Positions 53,050 to 63,955 are shown, counted from the first letter of the stretch. The stretch: 64,000 nt of DNA from an uncultured Veillonellaceae bacterium (GCA_964521625.1 CAZFSM010000012.1:1310-65309); one strand, 5' to 3'. Notes: generated by a model not told the origin, from the sequence alone. Program-made: numbers and translations.

Positions 53050-53096
53050 AGGCTGCGGGAAAACTTGTCGCCAAGTTTCCCGCAGCCTCTTTGCTG
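53050..53096 (-). terminator. hairpin terminator downstream of the rubredoxin gene
   Basis: Perfect 17 bp inverted repeat AAAGAGGCTGCGGGAAA...TTTCCCGCAGCCTCTTT. Confidence 0.55.
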
Positions 53097-53109
53097 TTCT
53101 GATGATCAT

Positions 53110-53268
53110 TTATTCAGCTTCGAATTGATCCTTGTTCACGCCGCAAACCGGGCAAACCCAGTCTTCCGAAACATTTTCCCAGCCAGTGCCGGGCGCGACC
53201 CCATGATCAGGATCTCCTTCGGCTGGATCATACACATAGCCACATACTGTACAGACATACTTTTGCAT
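53110..53268 (-). CDS. rubredoxin
   Basis: [15 protein letters not shown]...WVCPVCGV: two CxxCG knuckles. The probable start at 53268 follows AAAGGAG. Confidence 0.9.
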   Translation of the reverse strand: MQKYVCTVCGYVYDPAEGDPDHGVAPGTGWENVSEDWVCPVCGVNKDQFEAE

Positions 53269-53334
53269 TTTCATCGCTCCTTTTCTTTTCATCGCTTTGC
53301 CATGAGTCATGCGACCCATTATGGTTAAGGCCGC

Positions 53335-54093
53335 CTAGCGACTGGAACCTCCGCCGCCGCCGGAACCGCCGCCAAACCCTCCCCCGCCGGAACTGCCGCC
53401 GCCGCGGCCAGAAAAGGCTAACATAAAGATCAGTTGGGTGAAAAAACCGCCCAGGACAAACCAATCAATCAAGAGGAACAGCGCGATTCCCGCCCCAATG
53501 GCAATCTTCAGCCACCAGGGCAACGAGTCCCAGCCGGAACTTACGTCGCGTTGCCGCGGACTGGACCGGGGATCAGCCTTTATCTGCAGTTTGTATTCGT
53601 TGGTCACTTCCTGAAACACGCTTAGGTAGCCATTCATCAATGCCGCATTGAAATCGCCGGCATCAATCGCCGGTCGCATGGATTCGTCCTGGATCCGCCC
53701 GGTTTTGGCATCCGGCAACGCGCCTTCTAGCCCATAGCCGACTTCAATTCGCGTTTTTTTCTCCGCCACTGCCAGTAAGATGAGGATACCGTTGTTTTTC
53801 TTGCGGTCGCCAATCCCCCATTTGCGAAACAGGGCCAAACTGTAGTCTTCGATTGCTTCGCCTTCCAGCGAAGGAATCGTCACCACCGCAATCTGCGCTC
53901 CGGTGCGGGACTGCAGTTCAGTACTGAGCCGGTTGATCCGGCTCTCGGTCTCCTTGGACAGCACATTGGCATAGTCCTGGGCATAAATATCACGGGTCGG
54001 TACCGGCGGAATCTTGGGCTCGGCTCCGGCCGTCGCGGCAAACAACAATACGCAGCCGGCAATGGCAACCCATGCGGTTATGCGTTTCAACAT
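53335..54093 (-). CDS. TPM-domain (TLP18.3/Psb32/MOLO-1 phosphatase-like) protein with a C-terminal TM helix and Gly-rich tail
   Basis: WGIGDRKKNNGILILLAVAEKKTRIEVGYGLEG followed by a TM helix and a GGGSSGGGGFGGGSGGGGGS tail. Its start overlaps the lemA stop. Confidence 0.8.
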   Translation of the reverse strand: MLKRITAWVAIAGCVLLFAATAGAEPKIPPVPTRDIYAQDYANVLSKETESRINRLSTELQSRTGAQIAVVTIPSLEGEAIEDYSLALFRKWGIGDRKKNNGILILLAVAEKKTRIEVGYGLEGALPDAKTGRIQDESMRPAIDAGDFNAALMNGYLSVFQEVTNEYKLQIKADPRSSPRQRDVSSGWDSLPWWLKIAIGAGIALFLLIDWFVLGGFFTQLIFMLAFSGRGGGSSGGGGFGGGSGGGGGSSR

Positions 54094-54656
54094 CAGAATT
54101 TAACGGCAGGAACCTGTTTCGCGCCCTCTTCCGCCCGGAAGTATTCTTTCGCCGAGAAACCGAACATGCCGGCGATGATGCTGGTTGGGAAAGTTTTGAT
54201 CCGGGTGTTGAAGGACTGGACTGCTTGGTTGTAGTCACGGCGGGCGACCGAAATCCGGTTTTCCGTGCCGGACAACTCATCCATCAGGCCGATAAAAGTT
54301 TTGTCCGATTTCAGCTGCGGGTAATTCTCCACTACCACCAGCAATCGGGATAATGCGCCACTAAGTTCACCATTGGCTTCGCCTCTGGCAGCCGGACCCT
54401 GAGCTCCGGCCAGTTTGGCCCGGGCATTGGTCACGGAGTCGATTACGCTTTTTTCCTGAGCAGCAAACCCTTTGACCGTATTCACCAGATTCGGAATCAG
54501 GTCGGCCCGGCGTTGCAGCATATTGTCAATCTGGCTCCATTTGGCATTTACCTGTTCCTGGTCGGCGACCAATCCATTATACGAAGACATCAGCGTCATA
54601 CCGAACAGCCCTACGACAGCTACGATGGCAATCAGAACAATTGTTGATTTACTCAT
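54093..54656 (-). CDS. LemA family protein
   Basis: N-terminal TM helix and LemA core (YNGLVADQEQVNAKWSQIDNMLQRRADLIPNLV). Confidence 0.85.
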   Translation of the reverse strand: MSKSTIVLIAIVAVVGLFGMTLMSSYNGLVADQEQVNAKWSQIDNMLQRRADLIPNLVNTVKGFAAQEKSVIDSVTNARAKLAGAQGPAARGEANGELSGALSRLLVVVENYPQLKSDKTFIGLMDELSGTENRISVARRDYNQAVQSFNTRIKTFPTSIIAGMFGFSAKEYFRAEEGAKQVPAVKF

Positions 54657-54701
54657 TGCATTCTTCCTTTCATTTTACCAATTTATCTTTTTCTCAATCC
54701 A

Positions 54702-55304
54702 CTAATCAGCCACAAACCGGTGAATTACAAAGGACAGCACAAACAGAATCCCCACCAGACGGTGTACATATCGCAGTTTGGTCAACTTGGGCATCCAGCG
54801 GACAAACAGCCCCGAAACGGCAACCATCACCAGAATGGCTGCTGCCATCAGTCCGGTGTCCACTGCGTAGTTAAAATTACCTGCTGCCCAGATCTGCCAG
54901 ATGACATAGCCATGCAGCAACACGACGGAAAACACCAACACTCCCAACAGTGGATGCATTAGACGCAAAACCGTGATCCAGTATTTTACTATGGAATCTA
55001 GCCAAACCGGCATGGGCGCATGCATTTTCCGCAGCGTCACAAAAACATCACGCACCCCGTAGTACAGTGTTGCAACAAAGCCTAGAAAAAACGCGGCTTT
55101 GCCAATGCTTTCGCCCAATTTGCCAATACGTTCGAACGGCAACATACTCTCAATCCAGTGAATGCGTTGATCACTCAGCACAATAACAACTACCAGCAAG
55201 ATCAGAGTCGGAGCAAAGAAATAAAATCTTTGGTGGGTTGCCTTTGCCAGATTCTCCAGCCAAGTCGCCAAGCTTTCACCCCCGTACTCTCTTATTGTAC
55301 TCAA
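54702..55304 (-). CDS. polytopic membrane protein with conserved histidines (DUF4405-like, possible heme b binding)
   Basis: 200 aa with 4-5 TM helices and His residues within the helices (HWIE, HPLLG, LLHGYV, VHRLVG, IHRF). Confidence 0.35.
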   Translation of the reverse strand: MSTIREYGGESLATWLENLAKATHQRFYFFAPTLILLVVVIVLSDQRIHWIESMLPFERIGKLGESIGKAAFFLGFVATLYYGVRDVFVTLRKMHAPMPVWLDSIVKYWITVLRLMHPLLGVLVFSVVLLHGYVIWQIWAAGNFNYAVDTGLMAAAILVMVAVSGLFVRWMPKLTKLRYVHRLVGILFVLSFVIHRFVAD

Positions 55305-55334
55305 TTCACAGCGGTTTGACCAGCAGCTGCTGCG

Positions 55335-57170
55335 TCACTCGTTCACCGGATGAAAAAACTGCCTGACCGCCAGCGCTGCCCTGCTGTTCATGCCCGGCGC
55401 AGCAGCCAGTTCCTCCACCGATGCCGCACGCATCTTTTCCAGCGCGCCGAAATGCTTCCACAACGCTTGCCGACGCTTGGCGCCAATTCCTTTGATGTGA
55501 TCCAGCACCGAAACCAGATTTCGTTTGGCCCGCAATTTCCGATGATACGTCACGGCGAAGCGGTGGGCTTCGTCTCGAATTTGCTGCATCAATCGCAACG
55601 CTTCGGAGTGGCGGGGCAAAATCAAGGGTTCGCTGATATTTTCGCGGAAAATGTGTTCAAACTCCTTGGCCAGGCCGATTACTGGAATGTCATTCAAGCC
55701 CACTCCCCGGATTACTTCCAGCGCTGAAGACAGCTGCCCTTTGCCGCCGTCGATTACGATCAGGTCCGGCAAAGGTTCGGCCGCCTCCCGATAACGCCGC
55801 AACGTCACTTCCTGCATCGAGGCGAAATCATCAGGGCTGCCTTCAACGGTCATGAGTTTAAAACGGCGATATTCGGCTTTATCAGGCTCGCCGTCGGTGA
55901 ACACAACCATCGAGGCCACCGTTTCAGCTCCTTGAATGTGGGAAATATCGAAACACTCGATACGCAGCGGCAGCCGGTCCAGCGCCAACCGTTCCAGCAA
56001 TTCCTGCAAAGCCACCGTGCGCTTGCCCAGTTTGGCCGCATCCCGTTCACAGCGCTGCCTGAGAACTTCGGCTGCATTGTCGGCTGCCAGTTCAATCAAA
56101 TCCCGTTTGCTGCCCCGCTGCGGCGTCAGCAAATTCACAACCGCGCCTTTTCGCTCCGTCAGCCAGGCGGTGAGCAGTTCAGTTTCCGGCAACATAACTG
56201 GCGTCAATATTTCCCGGGCAATAAAAGTTGCCTCATTATAATATTGCTTAACAAAGGCAGCTAAAACTTCACTATCCGTATCGCTTTCGCCGCCAGACAG
56301 CATAAACCGGTCCCGGCCCACCATCTTGCCGCTACGGATAAAGAACACCTGCACGCAGGCCTGGGCGCCCAGTCGGGCCAACCCCAATACATCCTGATCG
56401 CCGGCGCCTGTAACGATGTTTTGTTTTTCCATCACTAGCCGCACCGCCGCCAGTTGATCCCGCAGCCTGCCAGCAAGTTCGAACTTCAGCGTATCGGAAG
56501 CCACCAGCATCCGGCGTTTCAAATCCTTTTCCACATCGCCCGATCGCCCTTCCAGAAACAGGCAGACCGTTTTTACCATCGCCATATAGGTCTCCTGGTC
56601 TATCAAACCGGCGCAAGGGGCCATACACCGGTTGATGTGGTATTCCAGACAGGGCCGCGTGGCATCCATGCTGCGGCAGCTGCGCAAGGGAAATAATTTT
56701 TTCAACAACGCAATCGTTTCATGCATCGCACCGGCGCTGGCATAGGGTCCATAATACTTCGCACCGTCTTTTTCCAACCGTCGCGTCGCATACACGCGCG
56801 GGTACGCTTCATTCAGGGTCACCTTGATGAACGGATAGGTCTTGTCATCACGTAGGCTGATATTGTAACGTGGGCGATGTTTTTTGATCAGATTGCATTC
56901 CAGAATCAGCGCTTCCATCTCGGTTGCCGTCACAATGGTTTCAAAGCTGACGATCCTCGCCACTAAAGCCTCTGTCTTTGGACTGAGGCCGCGTTGCTGG
57001 AAATAAGAACGAACCCGGTTTTTCAGATTAACGGCCTTGCCGACATAAATAATCTTGCCAGCCTGGTCCCGCATCAAATAAACTCCGGGTTTATCCGGCA
57101 GCAGGGCGACCTGCGCCGTTAATTCAGCTTTAGCAGCCAGGGAATCGCGATGATCTTCGCAGCTAGTCAT
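55335..57170 (-). CDS. uvrC: excinuclease ABC subunit C
   Basis: GIY-YIG domain ([20 protein letters not shown]), UvrBC interaction domain, and a C-terminal RNaseH-like plus HhH2 region. Confidence 0.95.
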   Translation of the reverse strand: MTSCEDHRDSLAAKAELTAQVALLPDKPGVYLMRDQAGKIIYVGKAVNLKNRVRSYFQQRGLSPKTEALVARIVSFETIVTATEMEALILECNLIKKHRPRYNISLRDDKTYPFIKVTLNEAYPRVYATRRLEKDGAKYYGPYASAGAMHETIALLKKLFPLRSCRSMDATRPCLEYHINRCMAPCAGLIDQETYMAMVKTVCLFLEGRSGDVEKDLKRRMLVASDTLKFELAGRLRDQLAAVRLVMEKQNIVTGAGDQDVLGLARLGAQACVQVFFIRSGKMVGRDRFMLSGGESDTDSEVLAAFVKQYYNEATFIAREILTPVMLPETELLTAWLTERKGAVVNLLTPQRGSKRDLIELAADNAAEVLRQRCERDAAKLGKRTVALQELLERLALDRLPLRIECFDISHIQGAETVASMVVFTDGEPDKAEYRRFKLMTVEGSPDDFASMQEVTLRRYREAAEPLPDLIVIDGGKGQLSSALEVIRGVGLNDIPVIGLAKEFEHIFRENISEPLILPRHSEALRLMQQIRDEAHRFAVTYHRKLRAKRNLVSVLDHIKGIGAKRRQALWKHFGALEKMRAASVEELAAAPGMNSRAALAVRQFFHPVNE

Positions 57171-60046
57171 GACACCGAACTTTTCTTGCCGGTTTTTCGC
57201 GGTTTCTTCGCAGGAGTTGTCACCGGTTGAGCCGGGAGTACCAGTTTCAGATATTGCCCGGTATAGGACTCCGCCACTGCCGCCAGTTTTTCCGGTGTGC
57301 CGGCGGCAATGACTCGGCCGCCGCCGAGACCACCCTCCGGTCCCAGATCAATCACATGGTCGGCCCGCTTGATCACATCCAGATTGTGTTCGATGACAAT
57401 TACCGTATCGCCGGCGTCGACCAGACGGTCGAGAACTTCCAGCAGTCGATGCACGTCTGCCATGTGCAGACCGGTGGTCGGCTCGTCGAGGATATACAGA
57501 GTTTTGCCTGTGCTACGCCGAGCCAGCTCGGTCGAAAGTTTGACCCGCTGCGCTTCGCCGCCGGACAGCGTCGTGGCTGGTTGTCCCAGTTTTATATAAT
57601 CTAATCCCACGTCATGTAATACTTGCAATTTACGTTGGATTTTTGGCAAGTTGGCAAAAAAGTCGAGGGCTTCTTCGACGACCATGTCCAACACCTGGGC
57701 GATATTCTTTCCCTTGTAATGCACATCGAGCGTCTCCCTGTTGTAGCGGGCGCTCTTGCAAACTTCACAGGGAACATAAACATCCGGCAGGAAGTGCATT
57801 TCAATCTTGATAATGCCGTCGCCGCGGCAGGCCTCGCAGCGGCCGCCCTTGACATTGAAACTGAACCGGCCAGGTTTGTAGCCGCGCAGCTTGGCTTCCG
57901 GCGTCAGGCTGAACAGTTCGCGCACCGAATCAAACAAGCCGGTATAGGTTGCCGGATTGGACCGCGGCGTGCGGCCGATCGGTGACTGGTCAATGTCGAT
58001 GATTTTGTCGATATATTGCGCGCCGCGAATTTCCCGATGCGCCCCGGGCCGGGTCCGCCCGCCGTAAATCTTTTGCGCCAACGCTTTATATAGAATTTCA
58101 TTGACCAACGTGCTCTTGCCGGAACCGGAAACTCCGGTGACCGCCGTAAACACACCAAGCGGAAACCGCACATCAATATTGGCCAGATTGTTTTCCGCCG
58201 CCCCGAGGACTTCCACCCATTTTCCATTAGGCGAGCGCCGCTTTTCCGGTACCGGGATCACTAATTTCCCGGACAGATACTGCCCTGTAATCGACTCCTC
58301 GCAGGCCTGGATTTCATCCACTGTGCCCTGCGCCACAACATGGCCGCCATGCACGCCGGCCCCCGGACCGATGTCGATGATGTGGTCGGCGCTGAACATG
58401 GTTTCTTCATCGTGCTCCACCACCAATAGGGTGTTGCCAAGGTCGCGCAGTTTTTTCAGCGCTTCCAGCAGTTTTTTGTTATCGCGCTGGTGCAGGCCGA
58501 TGCTCGGCTCATCCAGGATATACAACACGCCAACCAGTCCCGACCCGATTTGAGTCGCCAGGCGAATCCGCTGGGCTTCGCCGCCGGACAGCGTGCCAGC
58601 CGCCCGATCAAGCGACAGATAATCCAGACCGACATTGATCAAAAAGCCCAACCGGGCGTCAATTTCCTTGCGGATCTGTACGGCAATCGTTTTTTCCCGC
58701 GCCGTTAGTTCCAGTTGCTGAAAAAAGCGCTGACTTTCGCCTACAGTCAAATGCGTGACTTCCTGGATATTTTTGCCGCCGACCTTCACCGCCAGCGACT
58801 CTTTTTTAAGCCGGGCCCCCTTACAAACGGGACAGGGTTTGGACGTCATATAACGTTCGATTTCTTCCCGCATCGAATCTGAAGTCGACTCGCGATGCCG
58901 CCGGGCCAGCATCGGCAAAACTCCTTCATAGGAGGTAAAGTGTGTTTTTATTTCACCAAACAGGTTTTCATATTCAAACGAAAGCCGTTCTCCCTCTGAG
59001 CCATGCAGAATCAATTCGCGCAGTTCGTCCGGCAACTCGTTCCACACAGTATCAAAAGAATAACCGCGTCGCTCCAACAGGACTTTTAGCTGGCACATGA
59101 AGAACGAACCCGGGTTGCTGGATACAGCGACAATCGCGCCATCCTTGATCGTCTTGCTGCCATCCGGCACGATCATATCGGGATCAATCTCCAGATTAAC
59201 CCCCAGTCCGGTACAAGCCGGACACGCCCCGTACGGCGTGTTGAACGAGAACATCCGCGGCGCGATTTCCGGCAGACTGATCCCGCAATCGATGCAGGCA
59301 AAATTCTCGCTGAAGGTCAGTTCCTGTTCGCCGTTCACATCGACAACGACCAGGCCTTCGCCGAGTTTCAGCGCTGTTTCGAGCGATTCAGCCAAGCGGC
59401 GATCCACACGCTCTTTTACCACGATCCTGTCGATTACAACTTCCAACGTGTGTTTTTTATTCTTGTCGAGTTTTATTTCCTCACTAAGTTCACGCAACTC
59501 ACCATCGACACGCACCCGGACATAGCCATCCTTGCGGATCTCTTCCAGCAGTTTGTGATGTTCACCCTTTTTGCCGCGAATCACCGGCGCCAACAGCGTA
59601 AGCCGCGCGCCTTCGCCCTGGCTCATCAGCGCATCCACCATCTGCTGCACCGTTTGCTGCGCAATCGGCTCGCCGCACTCCGGACAATGCGGTCGGCCCG
59701 CCCGGGCGTAAAGCAAGCGCAAATAATCGTAAATCTCGGTCACCGTTCCCACTGTGGAGCGGGGATTACGGCTGGTTGTCTTCTGGTCGATCGAGATCGC
59801 AGGCGACAGCCCTTCGATATAATCGACATCCGGTTTGTCCATCTGGCCGAGAAATTGGCGGGCATAGGCAGACAACGATTCCACGTAGCGACGTTGCCCT
59901 TCGGCATAAATTGTATCAAAAGCCAGCGACGACTTGCCGGAACCGGACAGACCGGTCAGTACTACCAGTTTATCGCGGGGAATCTCTACATCAATGTTCT
60001 TCAGATTGTGCTGACGGGCGCCTTTAATAATCAGTTTATCTTTCAT
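57167..60046 (-). CDS. uvrA: excinuclease ABC subunit A
   Basis: Two ABC ATPase modules ([18 protein letters not shown]) with zinc-finger insertions. The start [18 protein letters not shown] at 60046 follows AAAGGA; the track ORF reads 14 codons upstream. Confidence 0.95.
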   Translation of the reverse strand: MKDKLIIKGARQHNLKNIDVEIPRDKLVVLTGLSGSGKSSLAFDTIYAEGQRRYVESLSAYARQFLGQMDKPDVDYIEGLSPAISIDQKTTSRNPRSTVGTVTEIYDYLRLLYARAGRPHCPECGEPIAQQTVQQMVDALMSQGEGARLTLLAPVIRGKKGEHHKLLEEIRKDGYVRVRVDGELRELSEEIKLDKNKKHTLEVVIDRIVVKERVDRRLAESLETALKLGEGLVVVDVNGEQELTFSENFACIDCGISLPEIAPRMFSFNTPYGACPACTGLGVNLEIDPDMIVPDGSKTIKDGAIVAVSSNPGSFFMCQLKVLLERRGYSFDTVWNELPDELRELILHGSEGERLSFEYENLFGEIKTHFTSYEGVLPMLARRHRESTSDSMREEIERYMTSKPCPVCKGARLKKESLAVKVGGKNIQEVTHLTVGESQRFFQQLELTAREKTIAVQIRKEIDARLGFLINVGLDYLSLDRAAGTLSGGEAQRIRLATQIGSGLVGVLYILDEPSIGLHQRDNKKLLEALKKLRDLGNTLLVVEHDEETMFSADHIIDIGPGAGVHGGHVVAQGTVDEIQACEESITGQYLSGKLVIPVPEKRRSPNGKWVEVLGAAENNLANIDVRFPLGVFTAVTGVSGSGKSTLVNEILYKALAQKIYGGRTRPGAHREIRGAQYIDKIIDIDQSPIGRTPRSNPATYTGLFDSVRELFSLTPEAKLRGYKPGRFSFNVKGGRCEACRGDGIIKIEMHFLPDVYVPCEVCKSARYNRETLDVHYKGKNIAQVLDMVVEEALDFFANLPKIQRKLQVLHDVGLDYIKLGQPATTLSGGEAQRVKLSTELARRSTGKTLYILDEPTTGLHMADVHRLLEVLDRLVDAGDTVIVIEHNLDVIKRADHVIDLGPEGGLGGGRVIAAGTPEKLAAVAESYTGQYLKLVLPAQPVTTPAKKPRKTGKKSSVS

Positions 60047-60160
60047 TTCAGGTCCTTTCTTGTGTTGTTTCGACTTCGCACTGCGCAAAGCAACATTTAT
60101 ATTCTACTAAATAATAGTTTTTATCGCAAAGGTCTTTTCACAATCTTTTTCACAGTTTTT

Positions 60161-60174
60161 CGAACGTATGTTTC
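60161..60174. promoter_or_regulatory. LexA (Cheo/DinR-type) SOS box upstream of uvrA
   Basis: CGAACGTATGTTTC matches the Gram-positive consensus CGAACRNRYGTTYC, about 115 nt upstream of the uvrA start. Confidence 0.55.
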
Positions 60175-60243
60175 TTTTCAAGTATAGCGGATTCTATTCT
60201 CGCTGTAAATATTATCCCACAAATCACTGGCAGCATTGCGAAA

Positions 60244-60281
60244 CCCGACCAAAAAAGATCCTGTCCAGTCCCGCAGGAGTT
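60244..60281 (-). terminator. intrinsic terminator after the cysteine-rich protein gene
   Basis: GATCCTGG...CCAGGATC hairpin followed on the minus strand by TTTTTTGG. Confidence 0.5.
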
Positions 60282-60321
60282 GGCCAGGATCTTCATTATT
60301 TCTTTTTGATATGTTTTTATT

Positions 60322-60789
60322 TCACCGCACGGGCTGTCCGCAGACAAATACCTCCTGCATCGAACATCCGGCTTCAATGGCATCATTCAGCGTCACAAAA
60401 CACTTCCCCTTGCTTGGACAGGCATGCGGTTTCCCTGCGCCACAGCATTTACCATTGCCGCAACAAAGCGGCGTTTCAACCGGGCAACAGCCACCGCTCC
60501 CGCAACAAACCGTACCGCTCGGACAACATCGACCGTTACCGCAATCGATGGGAAATCCGGCCGGACACCCGGCAGCCAGAGTCACTATTTGACTGCCACC
60601 CGAGCAGCGGCCATCACTCCAGCTTCGCCCCTGAATCCCATAATCAAACGTGGCGGCGGTAATGGCCCGACTATTCGCAAGAGCCCTGTCCCAGGCAGAC
60701 GTTTCCGCCCCTGCCTGACTCACTGCGGTAATACAGCTAAACCCCAGTACCAATACCAATACCAGCAATAATAAACGAATTCTCATCAT
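60322..60789 (-). CDS. secreted cysteine-rich repeat protein (about 20 Cys, CC-dyad repeats)
   Basis: Probable start ATG at 60789 after GGAGG. Signal peptide MMRIRLLLLVLVLVLGFSCITAVSQAGA. Mature region rich in CCP/CCG dyads (GNGRCCPSGTVCCGSGGCCPVETPLCCGNGKCCGAGKPHACPSKGKC). The DNA shows the corresponding short tandem repeats. Confidence 0.55.
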   Translation of the reverse strand: MMRIRLLLLVLVLVLGFSCITAVSQAGAETSAWDRALANSRAITAATFDYGIQGRSWSDGRCSGGSQIVTLAAGCPAGFPIDCGNGRCCPSGTVCCGSGGCCPVETPLCCGNGKCCGAGKPHACPSKGKCFVTLNDAIEAGCSMQEVFVCGQPVR

Positions 60790-60879
60790 GAACACCTCCA
60801 GTCAGCTATTGTCGAATCAGCCAGACCCGGATGCAGTTTTTCGCCAGAGAATTTGTTATTTTCTGATATTATTTTACCA

Positions 60880-61113
60880 CTATTTTGCGAGCAGTTCCAC
60901 AATCTCATTCGTCGCGATGGAAATTCCGTTCGGCCATAAAATAGCCCGACCATCCGTAGTCGCCTGACAAAATATTTCGAGGTCGCTCAAATTGGAAAAG
61001 CGCGCCGTTTTTATCTTTTCCTGCATATCCAGAATGATCGAGTGGTGATTAGCGAATCGGATGGTGATCAAATAATGATCGTGCGCTGTGACTTCCGTTA
61101 TTTTCAACTTCAT
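60880..61113 (-). CDS. DUF2442 domain protein (orphan; no DUF4160 partner adjacent)
   Basis: 77 aa with the pattern ...AHDHYLITIRFANHHSIILDM...FSNLSDLEIFCQATTDGRAILWPNGISI...E. Confidence 0.55.
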   Translation of the reverse strand: MKLKITEVTAHDHYLITIRFANHHSIILDMQEKIKTARFSNLSDLEIFCQATTDGRAILWPNGISIATNEIVELLAK

Positions 61114-61295
61114 CCACTTCTTTCAAACCGATTGGTCACAAACCCGCCAGTTTATTCTTACGCTCTATCATAATGCAGTTCAGCTGCAACAGATAGTATC
61201 CGAAAGTATAGTATCGCGGCAGGAGGAACCGGTTCAGCACCGAATTAATTATTAATATTATTATTAGTTTTGAAACGAAAGACAGGGAGTTTCTT

Positions 61296-63788
61296 ATGCC
61301 CAAACATAAACCTACTGCTCTATTTCTTCGGAAGACCGTGACTTCCGCCCTGGAAAAGATTTGGCAATCGCCGTTGACAGTAATCGAAGCCCCGATGGGC
61401 TATGGAAAAACCACCGCCGTACGAACATTCCTGGAAAAATCGCCTGCCTGCGTTCTCTGGAAAACGTTAGAGACCGATTCTGTCAGCAGTTTTTGGCAAG
61501 GGTTTGTCAGGCTCTGGGAAAAAATCGACATGGATTGCGCCAAGCGACTATCTCAGCTGGGTTTCCCCGAAAGCCCCCGTTTTGTCGAGGAAGCCGTCCG
61601 CTTGATGGAAATGCCGACACTCGTTACCCCTACGGTAATTGTGATCGACGATTATCATCTTTTGTGCGCCGCCGAAGTGGATTGGTTTCTGGAAAGTCTG
61701 ATCAAAACAGAAATCACCAACCTGCATATTGTGATCATGTCGCGGGTCATTTTCGGTGAAAACACCAGTGAACTGGCGCTCAAAGGATACTGTAACCTAA
61801 TCGGCAAACAACATTTCGAACTGACCAAAGCCGAAATCATCGAGTACTATAAAAACTGCGGCGTGCAGCTGAAACAAAGCGAAGCCGAAGAACTGCTCGC
61901 ATATACTGAAGGTTGGATCAGCGCCCTCTACCTATGTCTGCTAAACTATCTGCAGCAAGGCAGAGTCGAAAAGCCGGTCAGTTTGCAGCAACTATTGGAC
62001 AAAGTTGTCTATCAGCAGTGTTCGGACAACGCTAAAGAACTGTTGCTTGCACTCTGCGTATTTGATAGTTTTAGCCTGGCCCAGGCCGATTTTCTCTGTG
62101 CCAATGGAAACGCCGAAAAACTGTTAAGGGAACTACTCCGGAAGAATGCTTTTATCAGCTATGACCCACTGAATCAAACCTATCAGTTGCATAATATTTT
62201 GACCAGCTATCTGCGCAGCTTATTCGATAAAAAAAGCCTGTCGCAAAAGCAGGCAACCTGGCAGGCGGCGGGACATTGGTACGCGTCAGTCGCCGACTAC
62301 CTCCGGGCCATGGATTTCTTTCACAAAGCCGGCGCTTACGACGATTACCTCATCATGCTCGAACTTGACAAAGGCTTCAGCATCGATTCCGGGCATAAAC
62401 AGCGCCTGATCAGCTCTTTCAGCGACTGCCCGCCGAATATTGTCGCTGCTCATCCACGGGCCGCCTTGTCTTATGCAATCAATTTGTTTTCCTTTAACGA
62501 ATATGAATTGTTTGCCGAACAATGCGAAAAAATCCATGAAAACATCAGCAACAACCTGGACTTGACCACAGCAGAAAGAAATCAACTAGCCGGAGAACTG
62601 GAAGTGTTGCGCAGTTTCGCCTGCTTCAACCGGATTCCCGAAATGGCGGCCCACCATCATCAAGCCTGCATGTTATTGCAAAAACCGTTAGCTTTCTATG
62701 ACCGTAACGGCTCCTGGTCGTTCGAATCGCCCTCCGTGCTCTATCTGTTCTATCGTGAAAGCGGTCACCTGGCTCAGGCGGTGCAGGAGCTCCAGTCAGC
62801 GATGCCCTTTTACCAGCAAGTTTGTAGCGGTCATGGCGCCGGCGGCGAACATGTGATGCTGGCAGAGTGGCACTACTATTGCGGCAATTTTCAGCAGGCG
62901 GAAATCAGTGCCCATACCGCTTTATACGTCGCGCAAGCCGATGAGCAACTGGCATCCCAGCTAGCTGCGCTGTTTATTCAATTACGCCTCGCATTGCAAA
63001 ATGGTCAAACCGCAAGTGTCAGTGAAATCATCGACAGCATGCACACGGCGTTGCGTCAAACTGGACTGCATTCTTATATCCGGACAATTGACTTATGTGA
63101 AGCTTATGTTTACGCTGCACTGGGCAATGTAAAAAAAGTCCCCGCCTGGATTGCCGGCGGCAATCTGCAACAAAACCTGCTGCCCTTCCCCGCCCATGGT
63201 TTTTACAATATCGTTTATGGCAAAACATTGCTTATGCAGTCTGAGTATGCCAAATTGTTGGGACTGTCCGGTCAGTTTCATCAGATCGCCGCGATATTCC
63301 CCAATCTATTGGCCCATATTTATACCTATATTTACGAAGCTGCAGCGCAGGATCGCCTGAATCATCAACGCGAAGCGGAGCTGGCGCTACACCAGGCGCT
63401 GGATCTGGCCGCACCGGATAATTTGCTGATGCCATTTGTCGAAAACGGCAGCTTTATTATGAATTTGCTTATTAAATTGCGGGCGAAAAACGCCCCGCAA
63501 CAATCGTTGGTTAGCAGTATTTTAAAACATTATCCGGCCTATGCCGAAAGTTTGGCTCTGATTCAAGCCTCCCTGACTGCCGCCGATCACTACGCCGTGC
63601 TGCTGACAGCCCGAGAGAAAGAAATTGCCGGACTGGTCGCGGACGGACTTTCCAACCAAAGGATCGCCGCCAACTTGTTTGTTACGGAAATTACGATAAA
63701 AAAGGCCCTGCAAAGCATCTATGCAAAATTAGGCATCAATAGCCGGACTACGCTGACCAAGATCATCATCGAACACCAGGTCGGTTAA
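61296..63788 (+). CDS. MalT-like (LAL family) ATP-dependent LuxR-type transcriptional regulator
   Basis: 830 aa. N-terminal Walker A EAPMGYGKTT, a central helical/TPR-like region, and a C-terminal LuxR HTH (LLTAREKEIAGLVADGLSNQRIAANLFVTEITIKKALQSIYAKLGI). Confidence 0.85.
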   Translation: MPKHKPTALFLRKTVTSALEKIWQSPLTVIEAPMGYGKTTAVRTFLEKSPACVLWKTLETDSVSSFWQGFVRLWEKIDMDCAKRLSQLGFPESPRFVEEAVRLMEMPTLVTPTVIVIDDYHLLCAAEVDWFLESLIKTEITNLHIVIMSRVIFGENTSELALKGYCNLIGKQHFELTKAEIIEYYKNCGVQLKQSEAEELLAYTEGWISALYLCLLNYLQQGRVEKPVSLQQLLDKVVYQQCSDNAKELLLALCVFDSFSLAQADFLCANGNAEKLLRELLRKNAFISYDPLNQTYQLHNILTSYLRSLFDKKSLSQKQATWQAAGHWYASVADYLRAMDFFHKAGAYDDYLIMLELDKGFSIDSGHKQRLISSFSDCPPNIVAAHPRAALSYAINLFSFNEYELFAEQCEKIHENISNNLDLTTAERNQLAGELEVLRSFACFNRIPEMAAHHHQACMLLQKPLAFYDRNGSWSFESPSVLYLFYRESGHLAQAVQELQSAMPFYQQVCSGHGAGGEHVMLAEWHYYCGNFQQAEISAHTALYVAQADEQLASQLAALFIQLRLALQNGQTASVSEIIDSMHTALRQTGLHSYIRTIDLCEAYVYAALGNVKKVPAWIAGGNLQQNLLPFPAHGFYNIVYGKTLLMQSEYAKLLGLSGQFHQIAAIFPNLLAHIYTYIYEAAAQDRLNHQREAELALHQALDLAAPDNLLMPFVENGSFIMNLLIKLRAKNAPQQSLVSSILKHYPAYAESLALIQASLTAADHYAVLLTAREKEIAGLVADGLSNQRIAANLFVTEITIKKALQSIYAKLGINSRTTLTKIIIEHQVG

Positions 63789-63820
63789 GCAAAAAGTATA
63801 CTTTCGGATAGTAGTCTTTC

Positions 63821-63866
63821 CAGCTTATGCCCTTTAAACTTAAAGGGCATAAGCTGTTTGTTTTGA
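63821..63866 (+). terminator. intrinsic terminator after the LAL regulator
   Basis: Perfect 17 bp inverted repeat CAGCTTATGCCCTTTAA-ac-TTAAAGGGCATAAGCTG followed by TTTGTTTTG. Confidence 0.8.
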
Positions 63867-63955
63867 TACTGAAAGGAGGCAATCGCAATAATCCCCGACT
63901 AAATCTGATAGTCTAGCGTCAATTGGTGTTAAAAAAGATGGAGGTAATAATCAAA

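Noticed and set aside
60168-60662. 164 aa and 118 aa plus-strand ORFs (one with PLPQQ repeats)
   Set aside because: They mirror the Cys-codon repeats of the minus-strand secreted cysteine-rich gene. They have no signal or Shine-Dalgarno sequence, whereas the minus-strand frame has GGAGG + ATG and a classical signal peptide.
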